From Neodothiora populina (taxonomy: Eukaryota): a DNA stretch of 64,000 nucleotides. This document shows, piece by piece, positions 1 to 13,185 of this stretch; position 1 is the stretch's first letter; each line of letters begins with the position of its first letter. Made by a program: the position numbers and the translations under genes. The stretch spans positions 744,001 through 808,000 of the forward strand of contig NW_027191404.1 of the NCBI RefSeq assembly GCF_041146345.1, given 5' to 3'. Under the pieces are notes generated by a model that worked only from the letters and a program-made list of their open reading frames with translations, made no database searches and was not told where the DNA came from.

Positions 1-956
1 TAAGGTCATTAAAGGTTACCTCAACAAGATAACAAGTCTAAAGGTAAAGTAAAGAGGGGAGAATGAGGGGGGCAAAGTGAACTGTGCTTGCGCCGTCTAG
101 TCGCTATTTATCTTCGACCTGACCGGTCATTCTTATTCGCCTTCACTGTTTCTACCCCTTCGGTCTGCCTTGAAGACAGTCTTTCAAGAGCGAGGCCATG
201 TGCCTCTTTGCGACTTGTACAAAGTATTCAACATTTCCATCTATCACCGGTCTATCTAGTCCATCATCGATATCAGAGCTCGAGTACTGCACAATCATCG
301 AGTTGCGCGTCCATGTCCCTCCTCTCGTTCGCGACTTGCGCAAGCAGGTGAAGACATGGGTCGCCCTGACCAGCTGACGTCGTGGGCCTCCCTTAGTCAC
401 CCGCGACTCGCGTTTGTACCTTGCTTTCCATGTCAATTCAGGCAACGCGACTTAAGGTTAACAGGGTTAGCTCACACCGTTTGCCCTCGTGCGAGTTACT
501 TTATAGCTCTTCTGATAACGCATCTTGGATTGTCCTTGTAGATGAAGCATTGCACAACGCTGCCTTGATTACAAACTGACACCGTTGGCCTTCTCAAGTC
601 TCACACGGCTTGCGCGCTGGTTCTACAGGTCGAGATCACATGGTTCCATCTCTGCCCGTACATTTTCCCGCTATATGCTGCCATCAAATGCTTTGACACT
701 GTTCGCGCGCCGTGGCTGACCCATCAGCAAATCCTGACTTGCGGGCTACTTTCTCTCACGGAAGAGGATGGGGTTCGTTCTATTATTACTGTTTGTTCAT
801 AAAATTCTGGCCGAAACTCGTCGGCCATACCCAGCACGGATGCTGCTCTTCCTTGCAACGTCCTGAAGACGTTCAATAGGACGCCTTACGACAATTCGCC
901 TTGCAATCGCTCGTCCGGCCGATCTAGATCATGGACGCCCCGGAGTGAGTCAACCC

Positions 957-2987
957 TCAAGTTTTCGGTCGCTTGCCGCTGCCACCATTATCTTCTTCCG
1001 CCTTCCGCTTCCTTTCTTCGTCATCAAATCCGGGGCCTTTCAGTGCGATTGGTGTTTGGAAATTCAACGGGCTAGGCATCATGTTGTTGTCCTTGCCGAA
1101 CCAGGCATCTGGCCAGAACGTCGACGGGCTCGGCAGCATCTGGTTGCCGTCCATGACTCTACTGGGCAGAGCGGACAGTGGCGTCTCAATGTGCTCTCGT
1201 TCGCGGTTGACATGTGGATTTGTACTCATCGGAGGCGGTGGCCGCGCGAAGGGGTTAGGTGGTCCGGTGGCGCCTGCAGATAATATGGTATTCGCAGATG
1301 GTGAAGGAGGTGGCAGGACAACAGTCGACTGCCCTGCTCGCATCGGGGTTGGCCCTGCCGAGTGCGCCGTTCCTTTGGGCGAAGAACCTCCAGCTGTGCT
1401 ACCAGCATCTGACTGTTCGCTAGGGATCTGTACCTTGAGCCTGGGGCGCTTGGCCTCGGACGCCACCAGCGGTCGAGAAGGTGGAGGGATGGTAGGCGTT
1501 GACGCCGTCCGCGGCAGCTGTTGACCAGGAATAGGTGGAGGGGGAAACGCAGATTGCTGCATCGGTGGTTCGCTGGTTTGTGCTACCTGCGGAGGCGTGT
1601 TCGCTCTTTCCCGTGACATGCCAGCCACATCCGTGGAATGTGGTCTCGCGCCCTCCATCTTGATGCTGGTGTCTATTCTGTCGTTGCTGTGACTCGTCGA
1701 GCCCCAATGCTGCGCCAAGAGCGATCTGCTGTCATCGATAGGCGTGAATATGCTGTGGGACTTGGAATGAGCCGGCAGAGGCTTGGGTTGTGGTAGAGGC
1801 GGACTCTGGAATGAGCCCTGATCCGGTTGAGGGGTCGTGTTCACGCTTCTCACAGCACCAGCGGCCGCACCCTGCTGATTGTGTTGCTGTGGCGGCATGC
1901 TTTGCGGATGTCGGGGGCCCATAGACTGCGGCATCTGCTGCTGTTGCTGCTGTTGCTGCTGTTGCTGCTGTTGCTGCTGCATATGGTTCATGTATTGTGG
2001 AGGAACTGATTGTCGACGCTGTTGCTCTTGGATGTATGCCTGATGCGCCTGGACCGCTGCTATTTGCTGATGAGTAGTTGGAGGATAGCCTGGGTGGAAT
2101 TGTGGTGGTTGCACGGGGTATGGCTGAGGAGTAGACCGTTGCTGCATCACGGGGCCGTGTTGCGGGTGATATGGTGGATTCGGAGAGTAAGCATATGTTG
2201 GCTGTGGTGGAGGTGCCTGTGACGGGGTACCCATATGTTGTTGCGGCACAAGGTTTGAGCTGGTGCGACGGATGTGTGACAATCTCGAGGCAGGACGGGA
2301 CGAATTCGGTTGGGGGGTGACTACACGCTGAGGGAAGGCTGGTATAACACCATTCCCGATAGGAGGTGAGGCAGACGGGGTGGCATTACGCATGTGTTGC
2401 AGACCAGGCTGGTTTTGTAGGGGGTGGTGTTGTTGATGCATGTGAGGCTGATGCTGTTGCTGCTGGTGCTGATGCGGCATCATCCCCGGCCCTGGCGTTC
2501 CTGACGGCGAGTTCGAGTGTCGAGCGGGCGAGCCAACATTGTCTTCATCATCTTCCTCCTCATCCCCTGCTCCTCCTTTGCCTGCGAAATCGCTAGGGCC
2601 CTTGTGCTCATGGGCGGCGCCATACTGTAATACGCGTTAGCCAACGACGATAACTAGAACATGTCAAGGATACGGGCAAGACGAACGTAGTGATGGCGGC
2701 CGATAATATCATTGATGTCGGTGGATGAGAACTCATACAATTTCTTGTTGTTTCCAAAGATGATGACGGCGACGTCGACCGAGCAGAGCACACTGAGTTC
2801 GTACGCCTTCTTGAAGAGACCGCCCTTGCGCTTCAAGAATGTGCTGCGCAATGTGTTAGCATTCCGATAACCCATATGGCAGCGCCGCGTCGTCGTCGTC
2901 GAAACGGCTGCGAGCCAGGCTTCTTGCTTACACTGAACGGTTCCTGTCGTCCTTGATAGGCCTGATCTCGATCTTTCTACGACCCAT
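957..2987 (-). CDS. rlmA: MEF2-type MADS-box transcription factor (Rlm1/RlmA-like), 3 exons
   Basis: Spliced N-terminus [59 protein letters not shown] is a MADS/MEF2 domain. It has a Q/P-rich middle and C-terminal motifs [24 protein letters not shown] and [14 protein letters not shown] introns at 2844-2931 and ~2625-2686. Confidence 0.93.
1936..1980 (-). repeat. CAG/CAA trinucleotide repeat encoding a polyglutamine tract in the MADS protein
   Basis: (tgc/tgt)n on the + strand; 15 consecutive Q in ORF 957..2483. Confidence 0.9.
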
Positions 2988-5900
2988 CGCGCTTTGGCCG
3001 AGCGGACGCGATCTGAGACGAGGCGAATCGAGCCAGACGAGAATAAAATAGGGATGCAACTACTTTGCACTTTACCAGAGATCGACAAAGTGCTTCATGA
3101 AAAGTCCAAGTCCAGGTCCAGGTTGAGGTCCAGATCTGGGTATTGGTGCAGCAGGTCGACACACAACTGTGTGGCACATACAAAAATGTCCGATTAATCG
3201 TAGACTAAGTGTCGTAGGTGCCTCGTATATTGACAACGTTTGGTGGAGCCAGAGTTTCGGCAACGGTGGGTTAAGGTGGTCAAGGTGGGCAAAAATAGCA
3301 GCAGCAGCGTCGGTCGGCGGAGTATGAGCGACAGCAGCGAGGGAAGAAGCAGTGACGGCGGCAGCGAGGAAACAAGCAACTGGCTGCCAGATGATCAACT
3401 CTCGCAACAAGAGGCGCGACGAATACAGTACAGTATCGACAGAGACGGCGCGCAGAGGCTGGGCGGTGAGCTATCTCCAAAAGGAACCTGAATGAATAGC
3501 GGATAAAAGGTGCTTAAGGTACATGTACTTTTACTGGACACGAAGTACAGTAGCAGCGACAGCAGCAGTATCCGTAGTTCAAGCACTCCCTCTCTGATGT
3601 CGGCGAAGGCTTCTCTTTCCAAAACCCCAAGCGCCTGAACAGCAGCCGCCTTCGTTTCTAAATAAAGAGCAAAACCTGAAGGCTGAGTCTCACGCACGGA
3701 TCACGATTTTCCAAGCTGTTTCGAAATGGTTAGTCCGCCCTGCATCAGATGCGAGCTTTGCTTCGACCTGTCTCTGTTTTTCGCCACGCTAGCCGACCCT
3801 GCTGTCCTAATCCGTTTTGGGCCTGCCGTACCTTACTATCACTCTACAAAGTCCACGCTTACCGCGCTGCATCTACTCTCTCCAAGCCGCTAAGCTTCCG
3901 ACATCCCTAATTATCACTTTGCGCATCGACCGTCGCGCTGTGAACGATCGGAAGAAGTCTACAAAGATTTCTCACGTTCGCGCAGGATGACTCTCTTGTT
4001 GTTGGGTCTTCAATTCTACCCCACCGGCGGATGATTCTCGTCGAGTGGATTTTCACTGAAGTGCGTGTCATCTGACCGCCATCTCGGGGTACGAAGTGTT
4101 TCTTGTACTGTACTTTGTGCTCTGTCGAGGCTTTCAGCTTCCCACAGTGGCTTTCGAACCAACCTCGCATCTGCACGTGGTCGGAAACATGATCCCGGCA
4201 AATGGCGGGGCCTAAAGATTTTGGTTCCATGTGCCCGCCCCGAAACAGGTCATTTAGCTGACAATATGCGGCCCAGCAATACCTCAGCTCACCGTACCAC
4301 GCCTGCAGCTCTGATATACTGCTTCCGATTCGTTGATTCTGTAATTTTGTCTGTCTTCACGCTTTCCCTTTGCCTTGACTACCTACCTGATGCATGCATG
4401 CATACAGTTGACCATACAGCATGGCAAGCACGAAGGTTCTCGTGTGCGTGAGCATGGGAGGGAATCCCTGACGCGTGTCGCGATTCCTCGGTCGCAAGGT
4501 ACACCGCGTATCACACACAAGACCAAGCCTTGGGGTACTGAAATGGTCGTTACATAGCACACGCAGTGACTCGAAGTAAGTCGAAAGTCGCTACATTTGT
4601 ATTGTGACCCACGATCATGATGTTCATGATCCCTGTCGAGACATGTCGCTCTATGGTCATCAGTACGGGCGTCTTCATGACTCGGCTCTTCAAGTTTTAG
4701 GATTTCTTAAGGTCAAGGTGCAATCTACTGTGACCTACGACCTATACATTAATATTTAGTGTCAACGGTGCCTTCTTCGTCATGCTATGTGCAAGTCCTC
4801 TTCATATCGTCACCAGTATCTTGATGTTTCTACGCTCACTTGCCGTCACCGAGTCAATCGTTTGTCTTTTGCGCGCGACATACAGTAGTACGTAACCACA
4901 TATTGCCGTATCAGTTCCCATACTCCATGTATGCCAAACCGTGTTATCTTCTTTTCTTACTTATCTCATGAGCTTAAGTCACTGTCTGGATGTTACACTA
5001 TCATTAGTCCTTGCAAGCTTCCATGACTCCTGATAGTGAGTAATATACGCTGTGCTCGAGTAGACAAACATCGGCATGGTTGATTCAACAATGCCGCATT
5101 CGTGAGCCATTCCCTTCAACCAGTGATTCTATATCCTTGTCCTCTGTTGACCAGATCTACTGCCTCTGCGTCTCTCACTCAAGAGGGTGCTGCGTCGCAA
5201 GTGAGTCGACCTACGCGTAAGGACTCATAGGTCTTCATCAGATAAACGACCAGAAAACGTAAGACATGTCATCAGCATCCTACTGCTTGCAGGGACAACA
5301 TCTACTCGAACTTCGTGGGGCACCTAATCAAGAAGTTCTGCTCAATCCGCCGTGTATAAGCCATTTGTACATTACGATGGCATGTCCCAGATTCGTGGTT
5401 CGATAGGTATGAAGCATTGACGGGACCTCAAGCTCTGTGGTATGATGGATCATCCATTGGGCAGAGACAGGGTCTGGCGCTGTACTGACTACTAAACGGA
5501 GCGATGATAGTTTCTTGCTAGAATAGGTATAGCTCTTTCTGTGCCACACCTTAAATTCGCGAACATGTGCCAAGCGGTGAAGCGGGCGAGTTTCATACTC
5601 GCCTCACTCTAACGGACATTAGGTTCCATGTAAGAGATTTAGCGGACGACCGTTAGAACCGTTGGACCCGCTCTAATCAAACATAAACGTGGAACCCAAG
5701 ATGTTGTACTTCATTATCGTCGAATGTACTTGTACTTGTAGGGTGCCGGCGCGGCCCACTGGCAGCTTTTCTTACAGATCATTATGTGCTCCACAGAGGT
5801 CGATGGGCCAGTTGCGAGAGCTCAGATGGGCAGTGCTATGGCATTGTCTCCAATCAGTCCGCAGGTCACAGCTTCTGGCAAAGTGATCATCGCCAATGTG

Positions 5901-6675
5901 CTGGCGAAGGCTCTTATAACAACAAGTCTTAATTGTCGGGGAATACCATAGAGCCTATCAAATGGAAGGCAGATGCACAGGCCGGCGAGCTTAACTCAAA
6001 ACCTGGAATAAGAGAGAACCCTGATCTCCACGCGTGCCCCTGCAACATTTGAAACAACGACGATAAACGCCAATTCCACTTCTGCTCGTATCATCTTTCT
6101 TCGTGATGGAAAGAGTAGACCCGTGGCTTGACACCCTCCCTTTCTGTGCAATCGCTCATCAGCCGCTTTGCTGTTGCTCGTAGCCTTGTGAGATTTCCTC
6201 GACGAAAAAAGAGCTGCGGAACCGAAAGATAGGTCGGACTCTAGCCACTAACGCCGGGGATCCTGCCGACGATCTACATCATTTATTTACCAGAAGTACA
6301 GTAAGGTACGGTATCTCTCCCTTTCATCACTTCGTTGGCCTCGATTAGTATCAGAAAAGCTAGGGCAACATATCTGCGAGACAGCGCACGCGATTCTTCA
6401 TCTTCCTTCACGACTTTTCTCCCATCATTCACATTGACCTTGTCGTCATCGTTGTCGTGTACCTATTACTCACTGAGCCTCCAGCTGCATATACATTGTC
6501 GTCATTCACCAAACGGTGACATTCATTCATGTCTTGTGATTTCCGATACCAACGTCGCACTCTTACCGTACCATCTGCCATACAACGTTGAGAGCAGATT
6601 CACATTTGGGCAAGTGTCATCTATCCGTCTGCTAGATCTTCTCGTACCCTTCTTGGCCACGACAGCAACTGCGCA

Positions 6676-9600
6676 ATGACATTCTTCTCTCGCGTCTTCA
6701 AGCATAAAGATGCATCGGGGGCGGCAAGCAAAAGGCACCCTCAGGCATCGCCGATCAATGGCCATGCTGTGGTCCCGGTGAAGCCCAAGTTCACTGCAAC
6801 ATGGACGAGCAAGGAAGTGGATCCCGAGGAAGTGCGAGAACTCATACATGCCTGTACGCTGGAGATGAAGTCAAGAGCCGAAGCCTTGAACTCTCCATTT
6901 CTTTTGCTGCCCTTTCGTCCCGGAACAGACACCAGTCCAGCGCGAGTGTTCATCAACAACTTCTACACGGGAAACCACAATGGTTATTCATCTTATACCG
7001 GAGCGAGTCTACGCAAGGAATTGGTTCTTACCGAAGCCGCTGTCATTTGCAGTGTCCTGAAATGGTGCTGGTCGAGGTTGCCTGGGGGTGTCGTGACTTG
7101 GAGCACCTATGAAGGCTTTCGCATGGGAGAGAAGGACTCACTAATGGCCCGACATGCCTTCGACACTCTGATTCCTCTGAGCGTTGACTCACCCGCGCGG
7201 AAAGACATCATCTACGACTTTTACGATCTTCTGGCAGCTGTGGCTGCACATGCTAAATCCAACGGACTCGGTGGAAGAAAGCTATCGCGAATGGCCGGCT
7301 GGTGGGCTTTCGAGCACTCGGACGACGGCAAAGGTTTCGATGGAGGATACAAATCCTGGGCAACGTCAGAATTAATCGTCCCTCTGAGATTTTACCATGT
7401 GTACTGACCGCTTCCTAGGGCTGCTGATGCGTCGAGTCACCTATTCTTTGCCTACCTGCGATCATTGGAGCCCGAGTCACTGGATGGATTCACGGGCATC
7501 AATGCTCTCCCGCGTTCGCTCCAATCGCTACTTGCCCAGACCGACTATCCGCCTGAAACTCCTTCGCTTTTGCAAAGGAGAACGCATAAGGTGGTCATGC
7601 TCGTCGAAAAAGTCTCACCAGGTCCTTTCGCGCTTCTGAGACGGGCAAAGCACTTCGACTACAAAGATGAGGAACTACAAGTCTTTTCCGACTACGATGA
7701 CCCGGTCCAAGCGCTGACAGAGGAATGTAAGCGAGTTCTCGCTTGTATAGCCCTGGCGAATCAGTCGACCGCTGCGCGCTCTCGTAGCGGTATGAATCTG
7801 ACACTCGAGGGGCTGACAAGCAAACCCGACGAATCGTGGTCGCGCTTCCAAGACTTCGGCTTTTCTGACTTCAGCGATACTGTGCAAGATGAGAAACCGG
7901 CCCCGAGTCGGGAGGGTTTGAGAACAGCGCCTCGATCGCGAGCCAATAACAAAGGTCGCCCGACGACACCTTCCTGGGCAGATTTCTTGAACACCGGATT
8001 TGCTGATGAGGACTCGACAAAGCCTGGCGCAGCGTCATTGCTTTTGCCGCCAGAGAAGATACTTCCACCACTGACAGGCAACACTCGCAAATCAACAGAA
8101 GGACTGGGCGACGAGAACCTGGAGCCTGGTGAACTCGCTAGTGTGACCACCTTTGACCTCGATGATACTTTCTGGTGGGTCTGGATCACCAGTCTAGCGA
8201 CCGAAGAGCCTGCGGCACGCAAGTCTGTCTTTGGACGCTGTGCTCTGATAGAAACAGGCATTCTCGGTGGAAGATGGCTGGTCATGGAAGAACAGGTCAA
8301 GGGAGCTGTGACGGTGCCAGAGGAGGGTGCGTATCTTGTTGAGAAGAAGTCGCGCTTCGGCTTCTCACGACGAACCAAGGCCAATCGTAGGAAGTCTGGT
8401 GTGCCACAAAAGGCTCCCGAGCCACCAGCGGCTACTGAACGCGCCTTCTCTCCCGCCAAGGCGAGTATGTCTTCTGATCAGCAGGCAAGAATTAAAAATG
8501 CCGCTGCTGCGTTGGCTCAGCATTCTAAGGACTCGGATCAGGACTCTCAGACACAGCGCCGGGGCCGACACGACGATGCGTATTCCACAAAGACCAACAG
8601 TATCATGACTCTCGGTCTGACTAGCGAAGCAGGCCCAGCCATGAAATGGGCCCGAGACTTTGATCGGGATGTCATTCGCAAGCAATATCTCGGTGATGGC
8701 TTTGCTGGTAAGGGCAGTGGTTCGGAAGAAGCTCTGTCGCAAGTCGCCGAGTCCGTGGCCTCTCCACGCTCTGAAGCTCCGACGCCTCTACCAGTAGAAG
8801 TGTCAGATCGGGAGCTTGCCTCTGTTCCCAAGCAGGAACATCAAGAACAAAAGTCGACAGCAAAGCCTGCGAAGAGCGAGATCCCGAAGCTGTACGAAAG
8901 TGCAAAGACAGTCGAACCGGTCACGAAACCCGAGAAGAAGATCAAGCCGGCGAAGGAACCGGTAGAGGCGCCTCCAGTAGTCCCCATTGCACCAGTACCA
9001 GCACCACAGCTTGAGCCGACTCAGCCAGAGCCGGAGCCCGAACTCACCCCAGCCCCAGAGCCAGCGCCAGAGCCAGCGCCAGCACCAATTGTAGCACCAG
9101 CACCTGCCGCACCCACGTCCAAGATTGAGAGGAAGCCTGTGCCCACGGCACCACGCCTGAACAACATCCATGACCATCCAGCTTTCAGAAATAAGAACAT
9201 GAAACCTGCAGAAAAGGCAGCTAAACAGGCTTGGAGTTCCGACAAACCTTCCAGCCCCGAGGGCTTGAGGAAGCCCAACCAGGGAGGCTTTAGGAAGATG
9301 TTTGGGATGAAAAAGGACAAAACTCCAGTCATTGCTACCGGTCTGAACCCGCCATCTGACGCAAGTCTCGGCCGGAAAATGTCATTGCTGCGAAGGAAAA
9401 CACCGACCGGAGCTCCACACAGCCCTACTGTCGCTGCCCCTGTCAGTCCTGCAGAGCCCTCGATTGATGATCGCTCAACCGACGCACCCACGCTCAAGGC
9501 AGAGGATCTTCTTGATTCCCCCGTAGGCGACAGACATCACTGGGATGAGAAGCATGATAGCACCGAGGCTGAGAGAGCCTTCTCGCAATTCGACCAAGGC

Positions 9601-10084
9601 CCAATTCGGGATGCGCCTGCCTTTACTCCCCGTGAGTCAATTGATTCCATTGACGCGCCAGATTCGATGCACTCTCCTGTAGACATTGATCACCTTGACG
9701 CTCCGGGCGCCTTTCCTGAGACCCCTCTTGAGTACCCTCGACCCATGGAGGTGTCTCATTACTATGACGCTGGATCGGAGAACTCCATGCCCATCAACGA
9801 TCGTTGGGCACAGATCAAGAAGAACGCCGCTGAACGCGTGACTCGCATGAGCGAGGATCAAGCCAGCAGTAGACCAGCACAGAGCATTCTGACCGGAACC
9901 ACCGAAGATGACGGCGAGACCAGTGGCGAGGAGAGTAAGTTAATCTTATCTTATTCGTTGCATCCTGCCTTACAAGATACTGACTTTGAACACAGCCATC
10001 GAAGCGAGAGTTGCTAGAATCAAGGCTCGCGTTGCAGAGCTTACCGGCAATCTTGAGCCACCAAGCACCACCGCTCGCTATTAG
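6676..10084 (+). CDS. Msb1/Mug8-like morphogenesis protein (DUF1708, RhoGAP-like fold), 3 exons
   Basis: Motifs ELIHACTLEMKSRA, VLKWCWSRLPGGVVTW, NGLGGRKLSRMAGWWAF and AADASSHLFFAYLRS. The spliced C-terminus reads IEARVARIKARVAELTGN. Introns ~7365-7418 and ~9936-9994; TAG at 10082-10084. Confidence 0.8.
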
Positions 10085-10761
10085 CGTGTACCTTGAAGCT
10101 TTACACCTGTCATAGATACCCCCCTTTTTTTCTTTTTGTCATTGTTTCTCTTGATTTTTGTGGTTTCGTGCATTCTCAAATGGTCTATACCCGTTCTTGC
10201 TTCTCACAAATACTGTATCCTAATGCACTTACAATTTTCACCACATTCGTACCTTTCTCGATGGTTGCATATTTTAAAGCATCAGTTACTAATACAGATA
10301 CCACCTTTGATTTTCCAAGCTGTTGCCCAGAGTGTTTTCAATTTTGCATGCGCGTCGAGGAAAGTCACTCGTTATCTATGACTTGGTAGCGAAAGGTTAC
10401 ATACAAAAGATTCAGCTTCAACACTCCAGCAGTAAAGGCAATGTAAACTTTGTTTTGTTCTCCAGTTGACCAACCCCGATGCCGGACTCTTTTGTTTTCT
10501 AGTTTATTGAGTCGTGACCACGCTGATCCATCACTTGTGAATTTCCCCAAGATGAAGTAGTAATAGTAGCCATCCCACCTTGTCGCCAACCCCACTCTTG
10601 TATAGTATCATCAATATGGAGCGCGGGGTATATCAATCCGATACGACATATGTTTATAAAGTATGTATATAACAATTCTCGAGCTTCCAAACATTGACGC
10701 TGCTCTTCCCACTTAGAACGACATCTACATCTCGTACACAGGAATCTGGAGTAGGACAGTC

Positions 10762-12326
10762 ATGGTATACATGGACGGCGAAGACTTGCTGCTCTGCCCG
10801 GTGTGTGGCACGCAATACGATGTGCCGGCCGATGAGCCTCTGAATAATTGTCACATTTGCGATGTATGTACTTTATTTCTTTTGTTCTAACGAATTTCCT
10901 TTTCTTGTCCTTTGGCGTTGCTTTTCCCCCCTTTGCTGTCTGTCCGTGTACAAGAAAAGAAAGAAAGAAAGAATGAGAGCCGAGCAAGAGGAACACATCA
11001 ACATTTGTCCCGCGATCTTGTTTACACATCCCCCACCATGGCACCCTCTTGTTCCTTGAAAAGATGGAAAGGGGAATAGAAACAGAAGAACTCCATTTCC
11101 ACTCCCCACAGACCACCCCAGCACCACCTTCTTCTGCCAAACCTAACCTCTCGCGCAGGACCCAAGACAATACGTGCCTCCGACGGGCCAGAAATGGACA
11201 AGTCTAGGGGCTGAAAGAGGCAAGCATGAGAACAAATGGGTGGCAATGGAGGGGGAGGAGCGGATTACTTCTATTACTGCTGAGCCGAAGGTGAGTTTCT
11301 TTCTTTTCTCCTTCCTTCTTCGCCTACTTCTTTGGTTCCATCTGTCTCCCGGGTGGTGGTGGTTCTGTCTGTCTTCAACTGGCGGTATGAACATATACGC
11401 CAAAGGGGAGACAGCCACTACTTCCGGAAGATAAAGCCAGTGTATGAATTGAACAGGCATGCTGACATGTACTTCAACAGCTGGGCATTGGTCAGCGGGC
11501 ACTATTGATCGAAACACAACACGGCAATGTGTTATGGGACTGCATTGCATATCTCAGCGACGAACTCGTCGAGTTTGTGAGTTCTTCCTATGTTCTCCCC
11601 TCCTCCTATCCTTCCTCTCCTTCCTCTCCTCTCCTCTAAACCAATTACTAACAAACTTACTCATCCGCAGATCAACTCAAAAGGCGGCCTCTGCGCAATC
11701 GTCATCTCGCACCCACACTTCTACACAACGCACCTAACGTGGTCATCCGTCTTCTCCTGTCCCGTGTACATCCACTCCGCGGACCGCGAATGGCTGAGCC
11801 GCAAAGACTCCAAGAACACCAGAAGATACATCTCCGACGCGACGCACGAGATCCTCCCAGGCGTCACCGCGATCCAATGCGGGGGCCATTTCCCAGGCAG
11901 TATGGTTCTGCACTGGGAGAAGCATTTGTTTATCGCCGATACGTTCATAAATGTTCCCGTGAGTCTTTTTCCCCTTCCTCTATCGCGCTCTGAGACGAGG
12001 GGGGGCTATATATACCCAATCCACGACGAAAGCTAATAGAGACAACAAAAAAAAAGGCTGCCTTGACGCCCCCTAAGCCGCACGAAGGCATGAACTCGTA
12101 CGCCTTCATGTGGAGCATCCCGAACATGATCCCGTTACCTCCGCACACGATATCGAGGATCTGGGCTGCGGTCAGGCCGTTTGAGTTTGAGGCTACGCAT
12201 GGCTTGTTCGTCGGGTTTGATATTGCTGCCAAGGATGTCAAGGGGAGGGTACTGGAGAGCATGAAGATCCAGACGCGGATGCAGGGGTTTGAAGAGGCGG
12301 ATATACTCGACGAGGTTTGGTCGTGA
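10762..12326 (+). CDS. Metallo-beta-lactamase-fold hydrolase with N-terminal CxxC...CxxC, 5 exons
   Basis: Spliced product LLCPVCGTQY..CHICD|DPRQYVPPTGQKWTSL..|LGIGQRALLIETQHGNVLWDC..|..ISHPHFY..GGHFPGS..FIADT..|..YAFMWSIPNMIPL. Introns 10864-11158, 11291-11480, 11577-11670 and 11959-12056. The start could also be the ATG at 10771. Confidence 0.85.
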
Positions 12327-13185
12327 GTTTCGCCTTTGCGTTCTCTTTTTCTCCTGCTACTTCTGGGGGACAGATCAATGCTGGAAAGAAGAGAATGTGG
12401 CTCTTTTGGTGGATCTCTGGTAGGACTCAACGCGAGGCGAGGGTCGATGACAGGGGAGACATACGACGACTTTTGACGATGGACTCGCTGATCACGTTCT
12501 CGGACATCCTCGTTGACTTGTGTCGTCGAGTATACACAAAGGTCCAATGCAAATGGTCATAGCGCTAGCTGGACGAACAGAAAAGAATGAGAGAAATGAC
12601 TCGACAATAGCAGTATATACGTATGCTTTGCTCTGGCTCATGCAACAACGACACAAAATGGAAAACAACGCTCCTGTATCCTAGCGCGCTATGTCTTTCC
12701 CCGCCCGCAGGATCCCGATGAATAAAAAACAATGATGCTAGCGACAATAAAGGAAAAAACAGAAAGATTCATGCTGAGTGCGTGTTATTTTTATATTCCC
12801 GCCACCAGAAGCCGAGGTTTTGACCTGACAGAAGCACAGGGAGCCGTCCCTTTGTTTCTTTGTCTGTCCCTCACTAATATGTTGTAGATGCAATATGTAT
12901 AGAAAACGGTAGTGTCAATCAGAGTGTGACATAGGATGTAGAAAGAAGCAGCGGTAAATGAAAATCATAGTTGACTTGCTGGGTATCTTGAAGTTGCGTG
13001 ATGCAAGTCCGCTGTGGAGTTGTAGTGTGTGGCGTTTTCCGTGTGAAAAGCGGAAAGACGCTTAATGAAAAGATCCGCTGCGAACATGTCGCTTGCTGCA
13101 GAAATGTGTTGTGAAGATAGGGTTGTGAGGACCACTAAGCCAGGCCTCGGTGACAAGTGCACCGCCAATACAGGAACCCTGGGGT

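Noticed and set aside
88..541. Short ORFs at the window start
   Set aside because: Non-ATG or motif-free ORFs; more likely UTR/promoter sequence between rlmA and a gene outside the window.
3600..6300. Rlm1-type CTA(W)4TAG autoregulatory sites, tRNA or transposon remnants in the long intergenic region
   Set aside because: Only imperfect matches were seen (CTAAATAAAG ~3658, TAATATTTAG ~4750); no cloverleaf, terminal repeats or RIP-like AT-rich block.
12323..12562. GTGAGT donor overlapping the hydrolase stop codon, suggesting an alternative C-terminus
   Set aside because: There is no convincing branch point/acceptor, and the protein appears complete at 12326.
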